A DNA stretch of 64,000 nucleotides from Vulcanimicrobiota bacterium (GTDB lineage: Bacteria > Vulcanimicrobiota > Xenobia > Xenobiales > JADMJV01). This document shows, one piece after another, positions 19,116 through 28,614 of the stretch. The stretch's first letter is position 1. Every line of letters begins with the position of its first letter. The stretch lies in NCBI GenBank assembly GCA_050250895.1, contig JBFWNU010000001.1:3488149-3552148 (forward strand). The letters run 5' to 3'. The position numbers and the translations under genes are program-made. Under the pieces are notes generated by a model. The model searched no databases, was not told where the DNA came from, and saw only the letters and a list, made by a program, of their open reading frames with translations.

Positions 19116-21478
19116 GCGGCCACATTCTTCTGCTCGAAGACGACCAGCACATGCGGGCGGCGCTGGTCCAGGTGCTTACCGACCAGGGCTATGAGGTCAC
19201 GGCCGTCACCCGGGGCGAAGAGGCGGTGGAGAAGGCTCGTGCCCACAGTTTCGACCTGATCGTGGCCGACATTCGGATGGAAGGAATGGGCGGGCTTGAG
19301 GCCGTCGCCCAGACCAAGCAGCACCAGCCCGACATCGGCTCGCTGCTGGTGACCGGTTACGCCTCCGAAGAAGAGACCTCGCGGGCGCGCGATCTCAGGG
19401 TGGGCGGTTACTTGAAGAAGCCCTTTCGCATGCGTAAGCTGGTGGAACTGGTCAATCAGCAACTGGCCGCCCGTCGCACCCAGCAACGACGCCAGGCCCG
19501 AGGCTCCAATCACCGGCGCATCTCGTTGTGGGCGCTGGGCGAGTTGGCCCGACTGGCCGACCGCGAGGGCGTGGTCCAGGCCAGTGGCACCCTGGCCCGG
19601 GCGGGCGGCCTGGCCGAGTCGCTGGCCGGGCTGCTCGAACTCGAGCCCGAAGTAGCCCAAGAGTTGGGCGTGGCCACCATGTTGTTACCCCTGCGCGATC
19701 GCCTGGGATGGTCGTGTGAGCCGCTGCTGGATGACCCGAGCCTGTTGCCGGTGGTGGCCTCGGTGCTGTCCCCCCCCGACCCCGAGGCCGGGCTCCCCGT
19801 CGAGGTTGCTCTGGCCGACCTTTGTTGGACCGCCTGTCAGGACCGCCCCGACGAGGAGTTGCCGGATGCCGATGAGCTGGCCCAGCGTTACCCCGGCCGT
19901 TTCGAGCCAGAGCTGCTGGCGGACTATCAGCGCGTGCGCCAGACTCGCCCCCTGGTCAGTGATAGCCAGGCTCTGCCGGGTCACGAGCCGCGCAGCTTGC
20001 TGGGCCTGGCCCGAACTTTGGAGCGGGTGGGCGACCACGAGGCGGCCGAGCGGGCCTATCGCGAGGTGCTGGCGGCCAGCCGCACCCGCCGCTCGGGAGT
20101 TGAAGCGCGGCTGGGACTGGGCCGGCTGGCTCTGGCCGGCAAGTTGCCCGACCAGGCCCGGCAGCTGGTGGAAGAGGCCACCGCCGCGGCCCGCAGCCTG
20201 GGGCCGGTGGCCAAGGCCGGCGCCCAGCTCGAAGCCGGGCTGACCTTGCTGCAACTTGGCGCCGAAGAGGCTAGCGAGGTGCTGAGGGCGGCTCGCGACG
20301 GCTATGACCGACTGGGGCTTTCGGCCGGAGCCGCCCTCGCCAGTGTGGCCCTGGCCCGGCTCGGCGAGGTCGACGACTTTTCTCAAAGGCTGGCGGCCCT
20401 GGTGGGTGGCGCCCGCTCCCCCGAGGTGGAAGCGGCCCTGGCCTGGCTCTGGCCCAGTCTGCTCGAGCTTTCGGGCCAGCTCGACTGCGAATCGGCGGTG
20501 CTCGGTCTGTTGGGCCAGTTGAGCTGGTCTCTCGAGGCGCTCCTGGCCCAGGGGCGCCTGAGCCGCGAGCACAAGTTGCGCTTGCTGGAGATGCTCGAGG
20601 CCGGGGGCGGCTTCGGGCCCGAAGGGCTGGTGGCCCGCCTGAGCCAGGACTCCGACAGCGAACTGGCCGAACGAGCCGCTCGTCTGGGCGAAGAGGCAAG
20701 CTCGGCCCCGGCCGCCCCCACGGTGAGGGTCAGCTCGTTTGGATACTTCACCGTTCAGATCGGGGGCAAGGTGCTCTCGGACCGCGAGTGGCGCACCCAG
20801 AAAACCCGCTATCTGTTCGCCTATCTGGCCAACCCCTGGGGTAGCCAGTCCCACTCCGAGGCCGTGCTCGAAGCCTTTTGGCCCGAAGACCTGATGAAGG
20901 CTCGTCAGGCTATGTATTGGTCCATCTCGACCGCCCGCCGCGTGATGCGCGAGCATTCCGACGAGTTGAGCGAGTTGATCGTGCGTGACGGCGACAATCT
21001 ATGCCTGGCTGGCGAGATTCCCCACTGGCACGATGTGGAGGAGTTCGAGCGGGCCTACGAGGCCGCCCGAACGGCCGACCAGGAGGGGCGGCATCAAGAG
21101 GCTCAAGCAGGTTACCGCGAGGCGGTCGAACTCTATCGAGGACCCTACCTCGAGGGGTGCTTTTTCGACTGGGCTCTCGAGCGTCGCCGCGATTACACCC
21201 GCAAATGCAGCGACGCTCTCGCGAAGCTGGCCGGGGCGGCCGCCGCTCGCGATGACCATGACCTGACCCTGGAATACGCCCAACGTTTGCTCGAGCAATC
21301 GCCCCACGCTCAGGATGCCCACCTGTTGGTCATGAATACCTATCTCAAGACGGGCCGCCCCGAACTTGCCATCGAGCAGTTTCGGCGCTGCGAGAAACTG
21401 TTGCGTAGCGAGTACGAGCTCGAGCCGGTCACCGAGTTGATCGAAGCCTATTATCGGGCTCGCCTGGAGATGCCTTGA
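19112..21478 (+). CDS. REC - TPR-like - wHTH/BTAD (SARP-type) transcriptional regulator
   Basis: N-terminal REC; SFGYFTV..WRTQKTRYLFAYL, FWPE, DVEEF, LYRGPYL, W..ERR BTAD signature. Confidence 0.88.
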   Translation: MSGHILLLEDDQHMRAALVQVLTDQGYEVTAVTRGEEAVEKARAHSFDLIVADIRMEGMGGLEAVAQTKQHQPDIGSLLVTGYASEEETSRARDLRVGGYLKKPFRMRKLVELVNQQLAARRTQQRRQARGSNHRRISLWALGELARLADREGVVQASGTLARAGGLAESLAGLLELEPEVAQELGVATMLLPLRDRLGWSCEPLLDDPSLLPVVASVLSPPDPEAGLPVEVALADLCWTACQDRPDEELPDADELAQRYPGRFEPELLADYQRVRQTRPLVSDSQALPGHEPRSLLGLARTLERVGDHEAAERAYREVLAASRTRRSGVEARLGLGRLALAGKLPDQARQLVEEATAAARSLGPVAKAGAQLEAGLTLLQLGAEEASEVLRAARDGYDRLGLSAGAALASVALARLGEVDDFSQRLAALVGGARSPEVEAALAWLWPSLLELSGQLDCESAVLGLLGQLSWSLEALLAQGRLSREHKLRLLEMLEAGGGFGPEGLVARLSQDSDSELAERAARLGEEASSAPAAPTVRVSSFGYFTVQIGGKVLSDREWRTQKTRYLFAYLANPWGSQSHSEAVLEAFWPEDLMKARQAMYWSISTARRVMREHSDELSELIVRDGDNLCLAGEIPHWHDVEEFERAYEAARTADQEGRHQEAQAGYREAVELYRGPYLEGCFFDWALERRRDYTRKCSDALAKLAGAAAARDDHDLTLEYAQRLLEQSPHAQDAHLLVMNTYLKTGRPELAIEQFRRCEKLLRSEYELEPVTELIEAYYRARLEMP

Positions 21479-22512
21479 CGGCCTGGCTGCTGGCGGCGGC
21501 CGTCGCCCTGGGGGCCGCTCGCAGCGAGCCCGGCTGGCAACAGGTGGTGGCCACCAGCCTGGAGCGCTTTTCGGCCGTCCGGGTCATCCTCTTTGAACTC
21601 GAGCCTGAACTGGTCCATCAGCGGGGTGAACTCGGCTTTGAGCGAGCCCGCTGGCTGCCGCAATCAGCCGGTCTTAGCCCGGAGGGGTGGCTGGTGGCTC
21701 CCATCCTCAACGACGACAAGCCCCTGGGATTGATCGTGGCCGCCGGTGAGGCGGACGACCTCGACGGGCTACGACTGTTTGGCCATCTGGCCGGGGCCAG
21801 CCTGACCAACTTGCGGCTGTTGGACCAGCTGATGCAGTCAGCCAAGCTGGCCACCCTCGGTCAGATGACGGCCGGGGTAGCCCATGAACTCAACAATCCG
21901 CTAGGGGCGATGACCCTGTGGCTGGATACGGCTTCGATGCTGGTCGACCGCAAGCCCGAGAAGGCCGTGGCCCAGATCGAGTCGGCCCTCGAGGCGCTCG
22001 AGCGCTGTCAGCGCATTCTCGACAACGTGCTGCATTTCGCTCGCAAACGGGAAGCTCACAGCACCGAGGAGATCACTCTCGACACCCTGGTAGAGCGGGT
22101 GCTCGAGACCCTGCATCCCAATCTCAAACGGATTCCTCAGACGGTCGAGTTGGGTTCGCGCGCCCGGGTCGAGGGCAACAGTCTCGAGTTGCAGCAGCTG
22201 CTGGTCAACTTGCTGCTCAACGCGCGCGACGCCCTGCTGCCGGTGGAGGGTCCTCGGCTGTGGGTGAGGACGCGCCAGCAGAACGGTCGAGCCCGGGTCG
22301 AGATCGAAGACAACGGCCCCGGAGTGGGAGCGGCCGACGCGGAGCGGATCTTTGCCCCGTTCTTCACCACCAAGCCTCCGGGCAGTGGCACCGGGCTCGG
22401 CCTCTCCTTGAGTCGCGAGATAGCCCGCAGCCACCAGGGCTATCTGACCGTGACCGGCGGCGCCCAGGGCGGGGCCCTGTTCGTACTCGACCTACCCGTG
22501 GCCGAAGTTTGA
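21475..22512 (+). CDS. Histidine kinase with GAF-like input
   Basis: GVAHELNNPL, NLLLNA, DNGPG, FFTTK, GTGLGL. Confidence 0.9.
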   Translation: MTAWLLAAAVALGAARSEPGWQQVVATSLERFSAVRVILFELEPELVHQRGELGFERARWLPQSAGLSPEGWLVAPILNDDKPLGLIVAAGEADDLDGLRLFGHLAGASLTNLRLLDQLMQSAKLATLGQMTAGVAHELNNPLGAMTLWLDTASMLVDRKPEKAVAQIESALEALERCQRILDNVLHFARKREAHSTEEITLDTLVERVLETLHPNLKRIPQTVELGSRARVEGNSLELQQLLVNLLLNARDALLPVEGPRLWVRTRQQNGRARVEIEDNGPGVGAADAERIFAPFFTTKPPGSGTGLGLSLSREIARSHQGYLTVTGGAQGGALFVLDLPVAEV

Positions 22513-23025
22513 ATCGGCTAGATAGTGGTCGAGGTGATGGGCCCGGTCCTCGCAGCCCATGAGCACGCCCCGCAGCAGGGTCTCGGAGCCGAAGTCGCCC
22601 AACTCGTTGGTGGCCCGAATGGATTGGCGCAACATCATAGCCATACGCTGCTCGGCTCGCAGGTCGTGCACCAGCATGGCCCGCAACGGATAGTTCTGCT
22701 CGGGCTCGTGGTCGAGATAAGAGAACTCTAGCAGCGCGGCCGGACTCGAGGCGGGCATGCCGCCGAGCATGGTGACGCGCTCGGCCACTGCATCGAGAGC
22801 CTTGAGGACGGCGGTGTACTGTTCTTCGAAGAAGTGATGCAGATCGCGGAAGACGTGCCCCTCGACCATCCAGTGATGCTTCTGGTATTGGTGAAACAGT
22901 ACGCTCAGCGAAGCCTGGTGGCGGCGTAAGTCGGTGGCCACCGCCGAGGCGGTCTCGCTCTCGAGTCCGATCGGATTGCCGGTGTTCTCTTCGGATATGC
23001 CTGGTTGAGAAGAAAGTGTGTCCAC
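22492..23025 (-). CDS. dps: Dps / ferritin-like DNA-protection protein
   Basis: HWMVEG..FRDLH..FEEQY..LDAVAER..LGG ferroxidase signature. Confidence 0.88.
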   Translation of the reverse strand: MDTLSSQPGISEENTGNPIGLESETASAVATDLRRHQASLSVLFHQYQKHHWMVEGHVFRDLHHFFEEQYTAVLKALDAVAERVTMLGGMPASSPAALLEFSYLDHEPEQNYPLRAMLVHDLRAEQRMAMMLRQSIRATNELGDFGSETLLRGVLMGCEDRAHHLDHYLADSNFGHG

Positions 23026-23090
23026 GTTCGATCCTTTCCGGAGCCCGAGCCCCGGACGCCACCTTTGGCAAGCATGCGCCGGCCTCCTTT

Positions 23091-25508
23091 CTAGCCGGCT
23101 GCATCGGCCGCTCCGGGCAGCGGCAAGCGTAGGTAGAAGACGGCTCCTTGGCCCGGTTCGGATTCGGCCGTCAGGGTGCCCCCGTGGCGGGCCACGATCT
23201 GGTGGCTGACCGACAGACCCAGGCCGGTGCCCTCGCCCACCTCTTTGGTGGTATAGAACGGCTCGAAGATGCGTTCCAACACCTCGGGTGTCATACCCGG
23301 CCCGCGGTCGCGAACGCTGATTTGAGCGTTTTGCCGGTCGTGACTGGTGGCCACGGTGACCTGGCGCGACTCGGCCGGCAAGGTCTTGCCGGCGTCGATG
23401 GCGTTGAGCACCAGATTGACCAGCACTTGCTGAAGGTCTTTGGGGCGGGCCATCACGGTGGGCACCGGGGCCAGCTCGGTGGTGATGGTGAAGCCGTGCT
23501 GGTCGACATGATGATGAAGGAAATCGATGGTGTCGGTGACCACCTCGACCAGGTCTACCGGCTCGTCGTCGGCGCTCTTGCGCGAATAAAACAACAGCTT
23601 GTTGATGATGTGCTGGGCCCGTTCGGTGGCCTTTAGAGCGCGCTCCAGACGCTGGTTGGCTTTGTCGGGGTTGCCTTTGGACAGCTGCGTTTGGGCGCTG
23701 GCGATCGAGACCGAGATGGCTCCCAACGGGTTGTTGAGCTCGTGGGATACACCCGCTGCCAGTTGACCAACGGCTGTCAGTTTGCTGGTCTGGATGAGCT
23801 GAGCCTGTGACTCCTCCAACTGGCGCCGAGCCTCGACCACATCCTGGAAATGGCCGGCATTGGCCAGGGCCACGGCGGCTTGATAAGCGATGGCCGAGAG
23901 CAGGTTCTCGTGCTCTTTGTTAAAACTACGGGCCGGCCCGGCCGCCAGGAGCAGGGCGCCGGTGACTTCTTGCTCGGTGCGCAGCGGCACGACGATCAGG
24001 CTTTTCATTCCCTCGATCAGGGTGGCCCCTTCGGCGTCGAGGTGGGGCTGCCCGCTGGTGAGCACCTTGCGCACCAGCACGGCGTGGGCCAGTTCGGGAC
24101 CCGGTTTGCGGTGGTCTCGCTCGGCCCAGGCAAACTGGCCGCGCGTCGTGATCAAAGCGCCCACATCGTGAGGAACCACCCGTTCCAGCAGCTCTTTGAC
24201 CGACTTCTCCAGCACCGGGATCTCCAGGCTTGAAGCCAGCTCGCGGGCGCCTTCCATCAGCAGCGCCAGCAGTTGCACACGTTCTTGCAGTTGGTAGCGG
24301 GCGGCCGTGCTCTCTTGAAAGGCCTGTTGGCGGGCTTGGCTGCGGCGGGAAGCTCCGATGGCCAGGGTGGCCTTCTCGGCTACCAGCGCCAGGCGCGCCC
24401 CCTCTTCCTTGTTGAACGGTTTTTTATCGCGTCCCACATAGAGCACTCCCTCGCGCCCCAGGGGAACGGCCAGCCAGTGGGCGTCGCGGCTGTCGGCGGG
24501 CTCGGCCAGCGTGCGGGCGGTGGCCACCCGCCCGCTCTCGAAGGCCTGACGCACCCCCGGTTCGGCCTGACCCGACGGCTCGAGCCGGCCTTCCTGGGCT
24601 AGATAGATGGCGGCCTGGTCGCAGGGCACCAGAGCCCGGATGGTCGCCAGGGCCCCTTTCACCACCTGCTCGATGGTCGGGTCTGACGCCAGTTGCTGGG
24701 CGAAACCCTCTAATAAAGCCTCGCGCTCGGCCGCGGACTGCAGCTGCACCCGGGCCCGAGAGGCCTCGGTGCGGGCCTCTTCGAGGTGGCTCTGCGACTC
24801 GGCCAGCTTTTTGCGCGAGGCTTCGGCCTCGAGGGCCTCGACCCGAAAGATGGCGTAGTCGGCGGCCTTACAAACGCCCCACAGCAACGGCAAGGCCCAC
24901 AGCATCTGCCACTTGCTGGACTGCATCAGCGCCAGGATGGTCAGACCACCGAAGATCGGCCCCAGCCACAGCGACTGCAAGGTCAATAGCACGCCAACCC
25001 AGGTGAGGTATTGATTGCGTTCGAGCCGCTCGGCCATCAAGCGACGCGGCCAGTACTGCCGGGCCAAAGCCATGACCACTCCGGCCGCCAGGGCTTTCGG
25101 CCACGGGTCGTCGAGACCGGCCCGCGCCAGAGCGGCCATGGCCGCGATGCCAAGAACCACCGGCATCAGTTCGAGCCAGGCCTCGAACCACTTGCAGTCA
25201 CGCTGGGGCGCCACCAGCACCGTGCGCAGCAAGAGGCCTCCCAGGGCCAGCAGGACGCCCACCGCCGGGCCCAGACCGGGCGTAGCCGCAGCCGCCAGAT
25301 AAACCGCCGGAGCTGGAGAAAAGACTCCGAAGCAGGGCATGAAGACGGCCGCATTTTCGAGCAAGAGGGCGGATACGCCAAGAAACAGGAGAGACTCCGA
25401 GTCGAGGCTGCGGCTGGGCGCTCCCATGGCCACCGTGGCTATCATCACCAACAGCAGGCTCAAAGCGAGCCAGCTGCTAGCCCGGGCGATGGCAGCCGGA
25501 GGCGTCAT
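23091..25508 (-). CDS. Multi-TM, double-GAF histidine kinase
   Basis: About 7 TM helices; two GAF-like segments (LAVPL, IVVPL); GVSHELNNPL; GTGLGL. Confidence 0.9.
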   Translation of the reverse strand: MTPPAAIARASSWLALSLLLVMIATVAMGAPSRSLDSESLLFLGVSALLLENAAVFMPCFGVFSPAPAVYLAAAATPGLGPAVGVLLALGGLLLRTVLVAPQRDCKWFEAWLELMPVVLGIAAMAALARAGLDDPWPKALAAGVVMALARQYWPRRLMAERLERNQYLTWVGVLLTLQSLWLGPIFGGLTILALMQSSKWQMLWALPLLWGVCKAADYAIFRVEALEAEASRKKLAESQSHLEEARTEASRARVQLQSAAEREALLEGFAQQLASDPTIEQVVKGALATIRALVPCDQAAIYLAQEGRLEPSGQAEPGVRQAFESGRVATARTLAEPADSRDAHWLAVPLGREGVLYVGRDKKPFNKEEGARLALVAEKATLAIGASRRSQARQQAFQESTAARYQLQERVQLLALLMEGARELASSLEIPVLEKSVKELLERVVPHDVGALITTRGQFAWAERDHRKPGPELAHAVLVRKVLTSGQPHLDAEGATLIEGMKSLIVVPLRTEQEVTGALLLAAGPARSFNKEHENLLSAIAYQAAVALANAGHFQDVVEARRQLEESQAQLIQTSKLTAVGQLAAGVSHELNNPLGAISVSIASAQTQLSKGNPDKANQRLERALKATERAQHIINKLLFYSRKSADDEPVDLVEVVTDTIDFLHHHVDQHGFTITTELAPVPTVMARPKDLQQVLVNLVLNAIDAGKTLPAESRQVTVATSHDRQNAQISVRDRGPGMTPEVLERIFEPFYTTKEVGEGTGLGLSVSHQIVARHGGTLTAESEPGQGAVFYLRLPLPGAADAAG

Positions 25509-25534
25509 TGGTGGCAGTTCGCCACCAGCCCCGG

Positions 25535-26902
25535 CTAACCTGGCAGGCGTAAACGCGAAGGAATCTGCTCGAGCCGCCGCCAGTCCTGCCAGCTCTCGCG
25601 AGCGCGAATCAGCTCGACCCCGTGGCCTCCTACCAGGACCACCGCCGGCCGGGTCTGAATGAACTGCCACGATTGGGAGAAGTTGTAAGCCCCCACCCGC
25701 TTGACGACCAGTGGGTCGCCCCGCCGGACCGGCGGCAGGGGCACCCCGTGGCGCAGGATGTCGATCTGCATGCAGAGCGAGCCGAAGACCGAGGCCTCTT
25801 CCAGCATGCCACAACCTTCGAAGGCCGGCACGATGTCGTGGCGATACCAGTTGGCCGTATAGAGCAGGTTGACGCCCGCGTCGACGACCACACCGCGGCT
25901 GCCGTCGCAAAGACGTCGGTTCGAAACCACCGAGGTACCCAGATGCATGGCCTCGTCAACCAGAAACCGACCCGGCTCGAGGAATAGGGTCGGCAGTTTT
26001 TCAAAGCCCGCCGCCAACAACCGGGGGCCGATGGCCCGGGCATAGTCCTCGGCCGCTGGACAGGCGTATTCGGCCGGCAAGGGTTCGCCATGGAGCGAAT
26101 TGCCGGCCGCAAAACCGCCTCCCAGGTCGAGATCTTCGAGTTCGACCTGGTGCTGTTGGCGCAAGAGCCGGGCTAAGCCTAGAACTCGCTCGAGGGCCAT
26201 CCCATAGCGGTTGGGGTCGAGCACGTAGGTGCCGATGTGGCAGTGCAGGCCACGCAAGCGAAGATAGGGCGAGCCCACGATCCGGCGGGCGGCCTCCAGA
26301 GCCTGGCCGCTCTCGAGGTTGAGGCCAAAGCGGTCCCAGGGGACAGCGTCCAGGCGCACGTTCACGCGCAGGCCGACCGGCAGCCGTTGGCCGACTTGAC
26401 GGGCCACTTCTTCAGCCAGAGCGATCTCTTCGAGCGAATCGAGGTTGACCCGGGCCCCCTCCAGGAAAGCGCGCCTGAGCTCGTCGGCCCGTTTGAGCGG
26501 GCCGTTGAAGAGGATGTGGGCGCCCTTCACCCCGTTGGCCCGGGCCAGGGCGTACTCCGTGCCCGAGACCACTTCGGCCCAGGCGCCTTCGCTGTGCAGC
26601 ACCGAACAAAGGGCGCCCAGGTAATTGGTCTTGTAGGAAAAGGCGATCACCGTGCGCGGATAGTGCAGCTCGAAGGCCCGGGCCAGCCTGCGATACTGCT
26701 GGCGCAGGGTGGATTCCGAGACCATCCACAAAGGCGAGCCGAACTCGTCCATCATGCCCCTGATTTCATGACCGTCGAGATGAGTGAAGGGGGCGGCGGT
26801 CCGCATGGGACCGTAGGGGTTCATCCGACCCACGGCGTGGCGGATGATGGCCGGCCTTTGATAGGGCCGGCGCTGGTCTACCTGAACATCAGACTGCAGC
26901 AC
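25535..26902 (-). CDS. PLP-dependent decarboxylase, fold III (diaminopimelate/ornithine decarboxylase-like), with N-terminal extension
   Basis: FSYKTN (PLP Lys), EVVSGTE, FNGP.K, RFG, HCHIGT, LDLGGG, EPGR, GSLCMQID, GAYN. Confidence 0.9.
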   Translation of the reverse strand: MLQSDVQVDQRRPYQRPAIIRHAVGRMNPYGPMRTAAPFTHLDGHEIRGMMDEFGSPLWMVSESTLRQQYRRLARAFELHYPRTVIAFSYKTNYLGALCSVLHSEGAWAEVVSGTEYALARANGVKGAHILFNGPLKRADELRRAFLEGARVNLDSLEEIALAEEVARQVGQRLPVGLRVNVRLDAVPWDRFGLNLESGQALEAARRIVGSPYLRLRGLHCHIGTYVLDPNRYGMALERVLGLARLLRQQHQVELEDLDLGGGFAAGNSLHGEPLPAEYACPAAEDYARAIGPRLLAAGFEKLPTLFLEPGRFLVDEAMHLGTSVVSNRRLCDGSRGVVVDAGVNLLYTANWYRHDIVPAFEGCGMLEEASVFGSLCMQIDILRHGVPLPPVRRGDPLVVKRVGAYNFSQSWQFIQTRPAVVLVGGHGVELIRARESWQDWRRLEQIPSRLRLPG

Positions 26903-27935
26903 GGATCAGTTCTCCTTTCATGGCTAAACTCTCGAGGTCGCTCACATCGCCCACCACATCCAGAGCGTGGCGCACGAAGAACTTTCCGGTCTGATAGTCG
27001 AGGCGGGGCGGCGGCTCGTTTCCCAGCAACTCTTGCAGCGCCAGGGCCGGCAGGTTGAGGCCGGCCCCGGCCGACAGATAGATCCAGGACGGAAAGCGAG
27101 GGTTGATTTCGAGCAGATAGAAGCGGTCGCTGGCGCTATCGAGCAGAAACTCGAACTCGACGGGCCCCACCCAGGCCAACTTCTCCATCAGCCGCCGAGC
27201 CTTGCCCAACAGTCCCTGGTGGCTTACCGTGATGGCAGCCCAGGCGGTGCCTTTGGCCGTGATTCTCAGCTTGCGCATGGCCACCCAACCCAGCGGTAGG
27301 CCCGCTCGTGAGCCGACGGCCGCCACGTCGTATTCCTCGCCGCAAAGATGTTCTTGCACCAGCAAAGGCAGCCCCCACTCGCGCCGGGTTTGTTCGAACC
27401 AGACGGCCGCCTCGCCCGGGTGGTGGGCCACCCGGGCCCCGTGAAAGACGCCCTTCACCACCACCGGCCAGCCCCAGGCGTGACCCATTTCGACCACCTC
27501 TTGAGGGCTGTGGACCACCCGGGTGCGAGGGTGCAGAAAGCCATGCTCGCGGCAGAACTCGGCCAGATGCAGCTTGGATCGCAGCTTGAGCACCCGGGGG
27601 CTGGGCAAAAGCGTGCGCACCCCCATCTCGGCGAGCCGGCCGGCCAGGCGGGCATAGCCCATCAGCTCCGAGTCGAGGTTGGGCACCAGGGCTTGGAAGG
27701 GGCGTCGCTCCAGGATGTGGCCGAGGCGCTCGAGCAGAACCTGCTCGCCTTCAAACGGATAGGGCACTAGATAGGTTTCATCGAGCAGACCGGGGCTATG
27801 CACGCAGGTGTCCAGGGCGTCATAGGCCAGGCCCACGAAACGATGCTCCCCGGCCTCGCGCAGGCAACGCACCACGGCCATGCCCGGAGCGGGGTTATCG
27901 GTGGCGTTGAGTCCGGTGACGGCTACGGTCGTCAT
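26889..27935 (-). CDS. ATP-grasp carboxylate-amine ligase
   Basis: VTGLNATDNPAPG, PVVVKG, LVQE..GEEYDV, EFEF, LLEINPRFP. Confidence 0.9.
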   Translation of the reverse strand: MTTVAVTGLNATDNPAPGMAVVRCLREAGEHRFVGLAYDALDTCVHSPGLLDETYLVPYPFEGEQVLLERLGHILERRPFQALVPNLDSELMGYARLAGRLAEMGVRTLLPSPRVLKLRSKLHLAEFCREHGFLHPRTRVVHSPQEVVEMGHAWGWPVVVKGVFHGARVAHHPGEAAVWFEQTRREWGLPLLVQEHLCGEEYDVAAVGSRAGLPLGWVAMRKLRITAKGTAWAAITVSHQGLLGKARRLMEKLAWVGPVEFEFLLDSASDRFYLLEINPRFPSWIYLSAGAGLNLPALALQELLGNEPPPRLDYQTGKFFVRHALDVVGDVSDLESLAMKGELIRAAV

Positions 27936-28201
27936 TGTAGGGCCGCCAATCCGAGCTGGCCAGCCTGCAACAGAAACTCATACACGTCCACCTGAGCCTG
28001 TTCGGGCTCCACTTCAAACTCGCCGGCCAGCCTCACCGCCATTTCGCCTGGCTCAAGCCCTTCCCGCAGGCGCTGCAACAGAAAGGCTGCCGACTCGTTG
28101 AGCCCAAAGGTCTGCCCTGAGGTGGGACAAAAGACGAAGCTGCCGGGCTCGGCCGAAGCCGCGAAAGGGCTGGGACGGTAGGGGATGGGACTGGTCTTCA
28201 T
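27932..28201 (-). CDS. PqqD-family protein / stand-alone RiPP recognition element (RRE)
   Basis: 89 aa; FVFCPTSGQTFGLNESAAFLLQRL..LAGEFEVEPEQAQVDVYEFLLQ..LG pattern. Confidence 0.85.
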   Translation of the reverse strand: MKTSPIPYRPSPFAASAEPGSFVFCPTSGQTFGLNESAAFLLQRLREGLEPGEMAVRLAGEFEVEPEQAQVDVYEFLLQAGQLGLAALQ

Positions 28202-28614
28202 TGGAGTTCTCCGATCTCACCGCTGCGGTAGAGCAGCATGTCGTCCATGTGGTAGCCGTAGCGGGGGCAGAACTGGCAGCCCTCGAGCTGGCAATCCTTT
28301 TTGAGTACTTTGCGGCCCCACAGGGCGACTTCGTACGTGCCGCCGTGATAGGCCGAGGTCGAGAAAGTCTCGCGAAAAGACCCGCTCTTGAGCGAGCGCA
28401 CCAGGTGGCGTCCGTCGCGCACGGCATCGCGGGCGTTGACGGGATACATGGACACGCCCACATAGGCTCGCCGGGGAGTTTGCCCGGTGATCTCGAGCAA
28501 GCGGCCGGCCGAGACCACCAGCGTCGGGTCGGGGGAGGGGCTGGCACTGCTACTCAAAGCGGCGCTCAGCATCAGCGCCAAGAGGCTGGCCGCGAACAAA
28601 GTCTTGATCGTCAT
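28198..28614 (-). CDS. Probable separately initiated secreted protein with Cx4Cx2C motif (nested in-frame start)
   Basis: AAGGAG SD before ATG 28614; signal peptide MTIKTLFAASLLALMLSAALS; DCQLEGCQFCPRYGYH. Confidence 0.6.
   Translation of the reverse strand: MTIKTLFAASLLALMLSAALSSSASPSPDPTLVVSAGRLLEITGQTPRRAYVGVSMYPVNARDAVRDGRHLVRSLKSGSFRETFSTSAYHGGTYEVALWGRKVLKKDCQLEGCQFCPRYGYHMDDMLLYRSGEIGELQ

Noticed and set aside
19685-20956. Long antisense ORFs (for example 19685-20956, 28201-29409, 4326-5480, 33541-34551)
   Set aside because: These are shadow frames expected in high-GC coding DNA, with no recognisable motifs.
25535-26902. Assigning the symbol lysA
   Set aside because: The fold is clear, but the context and N-terminal extension suggest a specialised paralogue, and the substrate cannot be read from the sequence.
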